This document shows, piece by piece, positions 25,742-34,354 of a stretch of 34,354 nucleotides of DNA. Origin of the DNA: a virus (Duplodnaviria > Caudoviricetes); the IMG/VR virus record IMGVR_UViG_3300028610_002076, positions 1 to 34,354 of that record. One strand, given 5' to 3'. Both the position numbers and the translations under genes were made by a program. Every line of letters begins with the position of its first letter. The stretch's first letter is position 1. The notes under the pieces are model-generated. The model had not been told where the DNA came from. It worked only from the letters and a program-made list of their open reading frames with translations, and did no database searches.

Positions 25742-25903
25742 ATGGATATTAAAGAACTTGAAAAAGAATTAAAACAAAAACGAGATCAAGAAAAACAATT
25801 AGAAAGTGCTTACCTTCAAGTTTTAGGACAAAGGTCATTATTAGAATATTTAATAGATAAAGAAAAAAATAAAAAAGAAAAACCCAAGGAAGACTCTAAA
25901 TAA
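25742..25903 (+). CDS. small coiled-coil protein (53 aa)
   Basis: MDIKELEKELKQKRDQEKQLESAYLQVLGQRSLLEYLIDKEK...*; fills the gap; below the ORF-track cutoff. Confidence 0.7.
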   Translation: MDIKELEKELKQKRDQEKQLESAYLQVLGQRSLLEYLIDKEKNKKEKPKEDSK

Positions 25904-25907
25904 TAGT

Positions 25908-28175
25908 ATGCCTAAAAATACTTATAAAAATCTATTTACATTAGTAGATGAACAAATATTTAAAAGATTAAATTATTCTACTTCCAAAGCATATAGTGGT
26001 CAATTATCGAGAACTTCTATTAGACCTTTAATGTCTAATGCTTATTCTGATATAGCAATTGCAGATTTAATAACTGCTGTTCAAGATTTATTAAGACAAA
26101 CTATACCTTCAATTATTATAAATGGATTGACAGTAGAAGCAACTGATCCTGTTTCTGATGCTGTTACAGTTAAAGCAGGAAAATGTTCAAAAGGTGGCAG
26201 AATATTTGAAATTGAAGAAGATACTACACTCCCAATACCACTTAATAATTACAATAGTGTTTTTTATATTAATATATATTTAAATGGTATTGAAATAGAA
26301 ACTAATGAACATGAGGATAAAGTAACTATTGCAAAAATAATTGTTCCTGAACCAGGTACCACTACTAAAATAAAAAATAATAAAAATGATGATTATCCTT
26401 GGGATGCTTATATAATTAATTTTAAAGAATATAAATTATATGGTGATGGTTATGGTAATTTAGAAGAAGATAGTATTGAAATTCTAAGAGATAATTTGAG
26501 ATATATTGTTTCTGACAATTTAATTGGTAATATTAAATTATCTGAAAATCTTAAAATTATAAATACTCAAGGAACACTAGAATTAAATAGTGATTCTATA
26601 TTAATTAAAAATATTGATGGAGATGTTTTGGGTAAATTTAATAGAGAAGGAACTTTCTTTTATGATAATAATGGAATAGAAATAGCCAAATTTAGTGTAG
26701 ATGGTGCTAAAGTTGGTAATATAGTAATTACTAAAAATAGCATTGAATCTGGTGATTTTGTTAGTGGAAAATTAGGAGCTGGATTTCAAATTTTAGATAG
26801 TGGTAGTGCTGAATTTAATGATATATCTGTTAGAGGAAAATTAACAAATACAGTTTTTGAAAAAGATACTATATCTGTAATAGGTGGTAATTTGTTAGTT
26901 ATGGATGGAGATAGATTAGAAGTTGATATGACTGCTCTTGATAATTCTACTTTAACTATAAGTGGTGATACTACTTTTGCAGTAAATGATATTTTAAGAA
27001 TAAAAGATGGAATAGACGATGAATGGTTTCAAGTAACAAATATTGATTCTGCCCCTACTTATATAGTATCTAGAGATAAAGAGGGAGCTTATTCTACTAA
27101 TAATAATCCAGTTTGGAAAAAAGGAACTTCTGTTGTAAATTTCGGTGCCAGTAATGAAGGTGGAATATTTATGACTGCTTCAGAATCAAATGCTCCCTAT
27201 GTAAGTATAGTAACTCATGCTGGTTCACCTTGGGATACATTAACTACTCATTTAAGATTAGGTAATTTAAATGGATTTTTAGGTTATTCTAGTGATTTAT
27301 ATGGAATTGCTATTGGAACAACAAATGATTATTTAAAATATGATCCTACAAATGGATTACAAATAAAAGGTAATATTACTATTACAGGAGGTAACGCTTC
27401 TGTAACCTTTTATCAAACAAGTGAACCGAGTGGAGAAGGTGAAAAAGATGGAGATTATTGGGTAGATACTGATGATGATAATGCTTTATATGTTTATGAA
27501 AGTGGTTGGCAGTCAGTTTCAAGTGGAGGTGGTATTACTTCTTTTAGACGATCTTCTATACCAACTGCCGAAAATACAGGTGATTTATGGATAGATACAG
27601 ATGACAATAAATTATATAGAGCTACTAATGAAGGTGATGACGAGATTACTGCTGGAGAATGGGAATTACAAAATGCAGCTATAGCTACTGGTTGGGCTCA
27701 TGGAGATGATGTTACAAAAATTGATGGAGGAACTATTTTTACAAATACAATCATTGCTGGTGCAATAAATGTTACTACTTTGAGTGCTATTACAGCAAAT
27801 TTAGGTACAATTACAGCAGGAACAGTAACAGGAGCAACATTACGAACAGCATCTAGTGGTTCTAGAGTTTTAATGAACACTACAAATTTAATTGCTTATG
27901 ATGATGCAGCTGGAACTATTCTTAATGTTATTTTGAGTGGTGCAGATGTTGGTGATGTAATAATAGGAGATTATGATAGTACTAAAGGTCTTTTATGGGA
28001 TAAATCTGAAAGCACTTTTAATATTAAAGGTGTAATAACAACAACTTCTGGAACTTTTACAGGAACTGTGAATGTGGGAGCTGCAGGCAAAGTTTATATA
28101 GATGGTGCTAATGAAGTAATTAAAATTTATGATGAAAGCTCAAATTTACGTGTAGAATTGGGGAAATTAGCATAA
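25908..28175 (+). CDS. central tail fibre/spike-like protein
   Basis: Triple-beta-helix-like repeats, 'GDYWVDTDD' / 'GDLWIDTDD' repeats, 'LSAITANLGTITAG', and a J-like C-terminus 'LRVELGKL'. Confidence 0.75.
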   Translation: MPKNTYKNLFTLVDEQIFKRLNYSTSKAYSGQLSRTSIRPLMSNAYSDIAIADLITAVQDLLRQTIPSIIINGLTVEATDPVSDAVTVKAGKCSKGGRIFEIEEDTTLPIPLNNYNSVFYINIYLNGIEIETNEHEDKVTIAKIIVPEPGTTTKIKNNKNDDYPWDAYIINFKEYKLYGDGYGNLEEDSIEILRDNLRYIVSDNLIGNIKLSENLKIINTQGTLELNSDSILIKNIDGDVLGKFNREGTFFYDNNGIEIAKFSVDGAKVGNIVITKNSIESGDFVSGKLGAGFQILDSGSAEFNDISVRGKLTNTVFEKDTISVIGGNLLVMDGDRLEVDMTALDNSTLTISGDTTFAVNDILRIKDGIDDEWFQVTNIDSAPTYIVSRDKEGAYSTNNNPVWKKGTSVVNFGASNEGGIFMTASESNAPYVSIVTHAGSPWDTLTTHLRLGNLNGFLGYSSDLYGIAIGTTNDYLKYDPTNGLQIKGNITITGGNASVTFYQTSEPSGEGEKDGDYWVDTDDDNALYVYESGWQSVSSGGGITSFRRSSIPTAENTGDLWIDTDDNKLYRATNEGDDEITAGEWELQNAAIATGWAHGDDVTKIDGGTIFTNTIIAGAINVTTLSAITANLGTITAGTVTGATLRTASSGSRVLMNTTNLIAYDDAAGTILNVILSGADVGDVIIGDYDSTKGLLWDKSESTFNIKGVITTTSGTFTGTVNVGAAGKVYIDGANEVIKIYDESSNLRVELGKLA

Positions 28176-28768
28176 TGGCAGAGTATGGATTAAGACTAAC
28201 AGATACTTCAAACAATAAACTTACTTTGACACCAGATGTTGGAACTATAATTAGTGCTGGAAAAGTATCTATGCCAAATTCTCTTGAAGGTGATAATACC
28301 TATGGAATAGATATAGATTTGCCAGGAGAAGGTAGTTATCCAGCAGGAGATATAGTAGTTCTTGTGGTTCCAGGTAGACCTAATTTTAATAGTGTTTATC
28401 TTCATACGACTTATGGAGGGAATTTTTCAGGAGGTTTTCATTATGCTGATGATGAAGCTACTTATTATACTAGAAATGACAGTACAGGAGCAATGACATC
28501 TTGGAGTGCAGGAGCTATGACACATAATCAACAGGCAACTTTCGATATAATATACTCAATTTTTCCGCTTGCCTTTTGGGATAAAATGGGTGATGAGACT
28601 TTTACTTCAGTCAGACTGTTTGCTGCTACTTGTTATTTATTAAGGGATGCATCTGCTTCTGGAACACCTGTAGATCCTAAATTAGGTACTAGTATAAAGA
28701 CATATTCTATTGGTGATAATGGTGTAGTTTCAGTTGATTATGTAGTGGCTATAAAGAAGGGAACATAA
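28175..28768 (+). CDS. tail tip accessory protein, paralogue 1
   Basis: 'YGLRLTD' start; shares GDNTYG.DIDLPG, YYT(R/K)N and Y(S/T)IG..GV..V.Y with the next two genes. Confidence 0.7.
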   Translation: MAEYGLRLTDTSNNKLTLTPDVGTIISAGKVSMPNSLEGDNTYGIDIDLPGEGSYPAGDIVVLVVPGRPNFNSVYLHTTYGGNFSGGFHYADDEATYYTRNDSTGAMTSWSAGAMTHNQQATFDIIYSIFPLAFWDKMGDETFTSVRLFAATCYLLRDASASGTPVDPKLGTSIKTYSIGDNGVVSVDYVVAIKKGT

Positions 28769-28770
28769 AT

Positions 28771-29343
28771 ATGGTTTATGGAGCGAAAATCTATGATGCT
28801 TCTGGAAATTCATCTTTGCTTATGCCTAACATTTCAAAGATTATCGCAGGTGGAGCTTTAATTATGCCAAATTCTCTCAATGGAGACAACACTTATGGAA
28901 CTGATATAGATTTACCTGGAGATGCAGGTATTCCTGTAGGAGATATTGGAGTTATGGTTTATCCAGTTACTTTTCATTATCAAATAGATGTTGACTGGTG
29001 GTTTTTCAACCCTGGCACTAAAATATCTTTTATGACAGGTATTTATGCAGATGATGCAGAGACATATTATACCAAAAATAATAGCACTGGAGTAATGACT
29101 TCTTGGAACGCTGGTAATATGACTGATACTCAACAAAACACATGGGATCCAGTTTGTTCCATTTTCCCTCTGACTGGATGGGATTTGCCAGGTAATCCTG
29201 AAACAGTTACTGAAGTTAGAATATGGGCTGCCACAGCATATCTGCTCTGGGATACTAGTGCAAGTGATGGTTTAGCAGTTTATAGTATAGGTAACAAAGG
29301 AGTAGAAACAGTAAATTATATGATATTTTTAAAAAATAATTAA
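28771..29343 (+). CDS. tail tip accessory protein, paralogue 2
   Basis: Same motifs as 28175-28768. Confidence 0.7.
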   Translation: MVYGAKIYDASGNSSLLMPNISKIIAGGALIMPNSLNGDNTYGTDIDLPGDAGIPVGDIGVMVYPVTFHYQIDVDWWFFNPGTKISFMTGIYADDAETYYTKNNSTGVMTSWNAGNMTDTQQNTWDPVCSIFPLTGWDLPGNPETVTEVRIWAATAYLLWDTSASDGLAVYSIGNKGVETVNYMIFLKNN

Positions 29344-29361
29344 GAATAGGAATGTTTTAAT

Positions 29362-30480
29362 ATGGGATATGGAATTAGAGTAAAAGACGCAAGTGAAAAT
29401 GTATTGACAATAACACCAGATATTATAAATATATCTTCTGGGGGTAGAGTTTCTGCTCCTGCTGAATTAAATGGAGATAATACCTATGGGACTGACATAG
29501 ATTTGCCAGGAACCGAAAATTATCCAGAAGCAGATATTGGTGTGCTGGCTTATTCTTTTATAACAAATTTTGAATTTCATGTTGTTTCTGCTGAAGGAGG
29601 AGCAGGGGAGTATATAATGAGTTTTTGTCTTGATAATAATTACAATTATTATACCAGAAATGAAGCTAATGGTGTAATGAGTTCCTTTACTCCAGGAGAT
29701 CGTTCAAATAACAATAAATATGATTCTATTGTTTCTCTTTATCCTATTGCTTTTTGGGATAAAATGAGTGCTGAGCAATTTACAGCTGTTAGATTATTTG
29801 CTGCTTCCTCGTATATGATATATGATTATAGTGATTATGCAGATTCTTTTATAAATATAGTTAGAGAGGCAGAAACATCACATGATTATACTGGTGGTGG
29901 AACTGGTGCTCTCGGTATAGATGATAATTATAATACTGCACACCTTGTAGAACAATCATCAGGAGATTACACCATAAATGCTGTTATTACATCTGAACAT
30001 ACATTTGATGGTGCTTATGACATTAAACAGATAGATTATAAATTTTATGCTTACGCATATGGATATACAGATGGATGGACTGAGGTTGATGTTGATTGGA
30101 AAATAGAATGGTATAATGGCAGTTCTTGGGTTTTGGTTACCTCTGGTGGACCATCAAGTGATCCCACCCTGTTGAGTTATGTTGACCATGCCCAAAGGGG
30201 TGGTGGGGGTAGTTCTCAGGTAGAAGGTGCTTCTGGACACATTCTGCTTCCAGTTGACATTGTCAGCTGTGAAAAAATAAAGGCTACTGTCCATGCTTAT
30301 TCTTATAGTTCTGGTTCAGGGGGAGGCAGCACAAGCCTTTCAATTAAAGTGTATATCTATGAAATTGCGGCATATACAGCTGATGAAGAAATAAATCCCT
30401 ATAAGACTGTTTATACAATTGGAAGTCAAGGGGTAGAAAATATAGATTATCTAGTTTCTTTAAGACATTATAAGGAGTAA
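29362..30480 (+). CDS. tail tip accessory protein, paralogue 3 with inserted beta-sandwich domain (candidate receptor-binding protein)
   Basis: Same scaffold plus a ~185-aa insert between 'RLFAA' and 'YTIGSQGV'. Confidence 0.7.
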   Translation: MGYGIRVKDASENVLTITPDIINISSGGRVSAPAELNGDNTYGTDIDLPGTENYPEADIGVLAYSFITNFEFHVVSAEGGAGEYIMSFCLDNNYNYYTRNEANGVMSSFTPGDRSNNNKYDSIVSLYPIAFWDKMSAEQFTAVRLFAASSYMIYDYSDYADSFINIVREAETSHDYTGGGTGALGIDDNYNTAHLVEQSSGDYTINAVITSEHTFDGAYDIKQIDYKFYAYAYGYTDGWTEVDVDWKIEWYNGSSWVLVTSGGPSSDPTLLSYVDHAQRGGGGSSQVEGASGHILLPVDIVSCEKIKATVHAYSYSSGSGGGSTSLSIKVYIYEIAAYTADEEINPYKTVYTIGSQGVENIDYLVSLRHYKE

Positions 30481-30482
30481 AA

Positions 30483-30824
30483 ATGTTACTAGGATACAAT
30501 AAGAATGGAGAAATAAAGTTTTTTTTTACTGATGATAATTATTTAAAAAATAAATTTCCTAATAATTCAGCTAAAATTTCTAATTTTTGGAAATATAATC
30601 ATGGTTTAAAAGAATTATTTACAAATGATTTCAAAGATTTTAAAAATATCCATTTATATAAAGTAGTAAACAAAAAAATTGAAAAAAAGACTGATAAAGA
30701 ATTAAAAGAACAAAAAGATGAACTTAAAATGACAAAAAAAGGAAATATACAAAGTTCTTTAATTAGTAACGGAAAATCTTTTGGAAGAGTAAAAAAAATA
30801 TTAGACATTGAGGAATCAGGTTAA
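30483..30824 (+). CDS. hypothetical protein (possible fibre chaperone)
   Basis: 113 aa; AAGGAG SD; basic. Confidence 0.65.
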   Translation: MLLGYNKNGEIKFFFTDDNYLKNKFPNNSAKISNFWKYNHGLKELFTNDFKDFKNIHLYKVVNKKIEKKTDKELKEQKDELKMTKKGNIQSSLISNGKSFGRVKKILDIEESG

Positions 30825-30826
30825 TA

Positions 30827-31285
30827 ATGAAAACAAAATTAAAATATTTATTAATACCATTTTTATCATTTATTGGAGCGATATTGTATAGATTGGGTGG
30901 AATAGGTAAACCATTCAATACCAAATATAGAGATTTTGGTGTTCCTGTTATTGCTTTAGGATTATTAGCTTTATTAGGTGGAACAGCACCATGGTGGATT
31001 TGGCTATTAACTTTTTTAGGTATGTTTGGAACAATGACTACTTATTTTGAATTTGATAAAAATGTAGATACAGATTGGTACGAGTGGTTAGTTTGTGGTT
31101 TTATGATGGGGTTATCCGCATTACCATATGCTTGGTATAATGGTGCTTGGTTTTGGTTAATTATGAGAACGATAATATTAACAATAGGTATTACAATTTG
31201 GTCAGTCTTGATAAAGAAAGATTGGCTAGAAGAAGGAGGAAGAGGTTTATTATTTACAATTACTACACCTCTTTTATTAATATAA
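30827..31285 (+). CDS. polytopic membrane protein
   Basis: 152 aa with 4-5 hydrophobic segments; Trp-rich. Confidence 0.75.
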   Translation: MKTKLKYLLIPFLSFIGAILYRLGGIGKPFNTKYRDFGVPVIALGLLALLGGTAPWWIWLLTFLGMFGTMTTYFEFDKNVDTDWYEWLVCGFMMGLSALPYAWYNGAWFWLIMRTIILTIGITIWSVLIKKDWLEEGGRGLLFTITTPLLLI

Positions 31286-31288
31286 AAA

Positions 31289-33847
31289 ATGGATATTAAA
31301 AAAGTTAATAAAAATTTATCTAGACAAGACCAGATAGATGATTTAAATAATATGATTTTAGAATTAGAAGGTTTTGCATATCAAGGTAATTTTGATGTAA
31401 ATGAAATATCACAACTATATAGTGATATAGGAATAGATAGAAAATATATAAGAAATGTAAGTTTAGGTAATACATTAGGTAATTATACTAATTGGTCTCA
31501 TTTACAAGAGGAGACAGGTTATTCAATATGGAAAACATCACCAACTTCATATAGTTATAATTCATTAAACCAATTATATTTTGATGATAGATTGTTTAGT
31601 AATAAAGGTGAAGCAGATTCAGAATCAGCAACAAGTTTTGATAAAGTTTTCTTTTATAATGGTGATAGTGGGTCAGGTTATACTGATAATACAACAGAAG
31701 CTGGAACAGAGGGTGGAACTGAATTTAGTTTAATGGATACAGCAAATGATTATTTATATTTTGGTGAGGCTTCTACATTTGCAGGTGCTAAATTTGAATG
31801 GCAAACAAGAGGTAGTAATTATACTTTAGTAGTTGAATATTGGAATGGTTCTGCATGGACAACTATGACAGCAAATGATAATGATTTAGATGATGATACT
31901 TCAAATTTTGAAAGTAATGGTAGAATTACTTGGACTATACCTGATGATTGGGCAACAACAACAGTTAATAATCAAACTAAATATTGGATAAGAATATCTA
32001 CTTCTACAACACCTGTAACTGTAGCTAAATCATATTATGTAATTCCTGGTGATAATGTAATCAGTTTACTTGCTTTATCTAGTACAGAAATATCAGAGGA
32101 AGATTGGGCATGGTGTTCATATGGTAGTTCTATTTATGTAACAATCAGAAATTCTGGTGATAGTTCTTATGAAGGAGATTATCATATAACTTCTTCTAGT
32201 AGTGCTACTAATTTAAAGAATTATTTTATATATAATCATATTTTTGAATTAGACCATGAAGATTCAACATATGTTGCTAGTGGTAGTGTTTTATTAGCAG
32301 ATGGTTCTATAGCATTAACTGGAAATTTGGATTTAGGTCATAATAGAATAATTAATTTAGATGATCCTATAAATCCTAAAGATGCTGTTAATTTAAGTAC
32401 ATTAGAAACATATCTTGGAGTTGAAAATTTATGGGATAGACTTTCAGGAACTACAACATTAAAACCTTATTATGATAATGATGATATTGATTTAGGTTCT
32501 GGTGATTTTGATACTACTGGTAATGTAACAGCTACAGCTTTTAAAATTGGTGGAACTACTTTAGATACAAATGAATGGGCTTATCTTGATGGTATAAATC
32601 AAGCATTAAAAACAGGAGATACTGTTACTTTCAATGATTTAACTATATCTTCACCTTCTAATATTTATAATCTTAGTCATGATTCTTTTACAGATTTTGT
32701 AGCCGATGAACATATAAATTGGAAAAACACTAGTAATGATTTAATAACTACAGGATTTGGTAGATTTACTAGAATAGAATTAGATAGTCCTGATGTTAGT
32801 ATAGACCAAAGCTCTGGTGGAAACTTAATTTTTAATGATGGTGTTACTGGGTCAATTATATTATCTTCAATCGCTAAAGTTACACTTGAAAATTTATCTT
32901 CAACAGCAATCAATACCAATTTATTACCTGCTAATGATGCAAATATAAATTTAGGTTCTCCATCTAAAAGATGGATAACAGGTTATTTTTCTGCTGGACT
33001 TAGAATAGGTACTTCTGCTGATGCTACAGCAGGAACAATTCGTTGGTCTGGTTCTGCTTTTGAAGGATATAGCGGAGCTTCTTGGCAATCATTTACGGCA
33101 GCTGGAACTGATGAAAAATTAAAAGTAGATGCTGGAGCAACTGCTGATTATTTAGGTGCAGCCAATGGTGATGGAGTTTTAAGAACTTCATCTCCTATAG
33201 TTTATACTGATGGTGGAAATTATATTACATTATCAATAGACGAAACTGTTATCAATCATGATAATTTATCTGGATTTGTTTCTAATGAACATATAGATTG
33301 GACAGGAACTAGTGACGATTTAGTTACAACTGGTGTTGTTAGAGCTTCTCGTTTTGAATTAGATGATCCAGCAGTAAGTATAGACCAATCTTCTGGAAAC
33401 AATTTAGCATTTACAGATGGAGTTACAGGAACAGTAATATTATCTTCTTTAGCATTTACAGATTTAAGTAATCTAAATTGTGCTGCATTTAAAATAGATA
33501 TTACAAATACAGAAGTTTCTTTTTCAGGTTTTGCTGGATTTATAGAAACAGATAATGGTGATTCTGGTGGGGCAGATACAATAAATTGGGGATTGAGTAA
33601 TAAACAAAAATCTACTTTAACAGATGATTGCACTTTCACATTTACTAATCCTGCAAGTAAAGGTAATCTTTTATTAAAATTGGTTCAAGATAGTAGTGGA
33701 AGTAGATTAGTAACATGGCCAGGAAATGTAAAGTGGCCATCAGGAACAGCTCCTACATTATCTACAGGAGCATATGCAATAGATATAATTACATTTTATT
33801 TTGATAATACTAGTTATTATGGTAATTCTTCATTGGACTTTAGTTAA
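31289..33847 (+). CDS. tail fibre/virion structural protein with internal duplication
   Basis: 'LLADGSIALTG', 'RIINLDDP...DAVN' and 'AGTIRWSGSAFEGY' fibre motifs; C-terminal 'LVQD.SGSR.VTWP..VKW..GTAPTLST...DII.F' domain; duplicated ~73-aa block. Confidence 0.78.
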   Translation: MDIKKVNKNLSRQDQIDDLNNMILELEGFAYQGNFDVNEISQLYSDIGIDRKYIRNVSLGNTLGNYTNWSHLQEETGYSIWKTSPTSYSYNSLNQLYFDDRLFSNKGEADSESATSFDKVFFYNGDSGSGYTDNTTEAGTEGGTEFSLMDTANDYLYFGEASTFAGAKFEWQTRGSNYTLVVEYWNGSAWTTMTANDNDLDDDTSNFESNGRITWTIPDDWATTTVNNQTKYWIRISTSTTPVTVAKSYYVIPGDNVISLLALSSTEISEEDWAWCSYGSSIYVTIRNSGDSSYEGDYHITSSSSATNLKNYFIYNHIFELDHEDSTYVASGSVLLADGSIALTGNLDLGHNRIINLDDPINPKDAVNLSTLETYLGVENLWDRLSGTTTLKPYYDNDDIDLGSGDFDTTGNVTATAFKIGGTTLDTNEWAYLDGINQALKTGDTVTFNDLTISSPSNIYNLSHDSFTDFVADEHINWKNTSNDLITTGFGRFTRIELDSPDVSIDQSSGGNLIFNDGVTGSIILSSIAKVTLENLSSTAINTNLLPANDANINLGSPSKRWITGYFSAGLRIGTSADATAGTIRWSGSAFEGYSGASWQSFTAAGTDEKLKVDAGATADYLGAANGDGVLRTSSPIVYTDGGNYITLSIDETVINHDNLSGFVSNEHIDWTGTSDDLVTTGVVRASRFELDDPAVSIDQSSGNNLAFTDGVTGTVILSSLAFTDLSNLNCAAFKIDITNTEVSFSGFAGFIETDNGDSGGADTINWGLSNKQKSTLTDDCTFTFTNPASKGNLLLKLVQDSSGSRLVTWPGNVKWPSGTAPTLSTGAYAIDIITFYFDNTSYYGNSSLDFS

Positions 33848-33861
33848 AAAAGGAAAAAAAT

Positions 33862-34354
33862 ATGTCAAAAAATCTTATTTTAATGATAGCTGTTGGCGAT
33901 ACTTATAAAAAAATAGCTGAATACACACATCCGATAATAGAACAATATGCAAAACGTATTGGTGCAGATTTTATAGTAGTTAAAGAAAGTCAATGTTCCA
34001 CTCCTCATTGGGAGAAATTTTTGGCCATTTATAATTATTTGAATAAATATGAACGTATTTTATATTTAGATACTGATGTCATAATAAGAAATGACTGTCC
34101 AGATTTATTTAAAATTGTTCCATCCAACAAATTAGCTTTATTTAATGAGATGCCTTTTACAAATCAAAGAAATCAGTCTTTATATGAGGCTTGTAAAGAA
34201 TATAATATCACATTACCTAAATGGAATGGTAAATATTATAATACTGGAGTTATGTTAATTCCTAGACATTTTAAACAATTATTTAAGAAACCAGATAAAG
34301 AAGCATTTAATTTTTATGAACAAGGTTATCTTAATGCTCATATAGCAAAACATT
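33862..34354 (+). CDS. GT-A fold glycosyltransferase (GT8/GT34-like), truncated by the window end
   Basis: ATG 33862 with AAGGA SD; MSKNLILMIAVG...YAKRIGADF...WEK...YERILYLDTDVII...PDLF...YYNTGVML...EQGYLN (DxD motif). Absent from the ORF track. Confidence 0.85.
   Translation, partial: MSKNLILMIAVGDTYKKIAEYTHPIIEQYAKRIGADFIVVKESQCSTPHWEKFLAIYNYLNKYERILYLDTDVIIRNDCPDLFKIVPSNKLALFNEMPFTNQRNQSLYEACKEYNITLPKWNGKYYNTGVMLIPRHFKQLFKKPDKEAFNFYEQGYLNAHIAKH

Noticed and set aside
28175-30480. Diversity-generating retroelement or invertible tail-fibre cassette
   Set aside because: There is no reverse transcriptase or invertase, no near-identical TR/VR pair differing at adenines, and all genes are on the same strand.
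199-33639. Minus-strand ORFs in the track and the alternative-frame + ORFs 3833-4027, 8063-8335 and 16753-16959
   Set aside because: They are shadows of longer + strand genes or tRNAs, with antisense-type composition (Phe/Ser/Leu-rich) and no evident SD.

Overview
AT-rich (roughly 25-30% GC by eye) segment of a tailed dsDNA phage genome with a siphovirus-type, non-contractile tail module. It is transcribed almost entirely on the + strand and uses the standard code. Positions 1-2.4 kb are an accessory/RNA region: a chain of translationally coupled minigenes (about 279-499), a head-to-tail array of nine tRNA genes (517-1443) interleaved with two ~112-nt CCA-terminated non-tRNA structured RNAs, a pseudoknot-led 46-codon ORF, and a 172-aa ORF enclosed by long-range inverted repeats that also end in a stem+N+CCA. 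The rest is a morphogenesis operon: large terminase, portal fused to Zn-ribbon and ChaB domains, NUMOD3-HNH endonuclease, a YadA-like fibre, prohead protease/scaffold, major capsid, a GNAT-like protein, head-tail connectors, tail tube, chaperones with a likely -1 frameshift, tape measure, Dit, baseplate hub, a pentapeptide-repeat protein, central fibre, three tandem paralogues, a second fibre and a truncated glycosyltransferase. All calls come from motif recognition and gene order; no database search was run. The best candidates for undescribed biology are in the first 2.4 kb.
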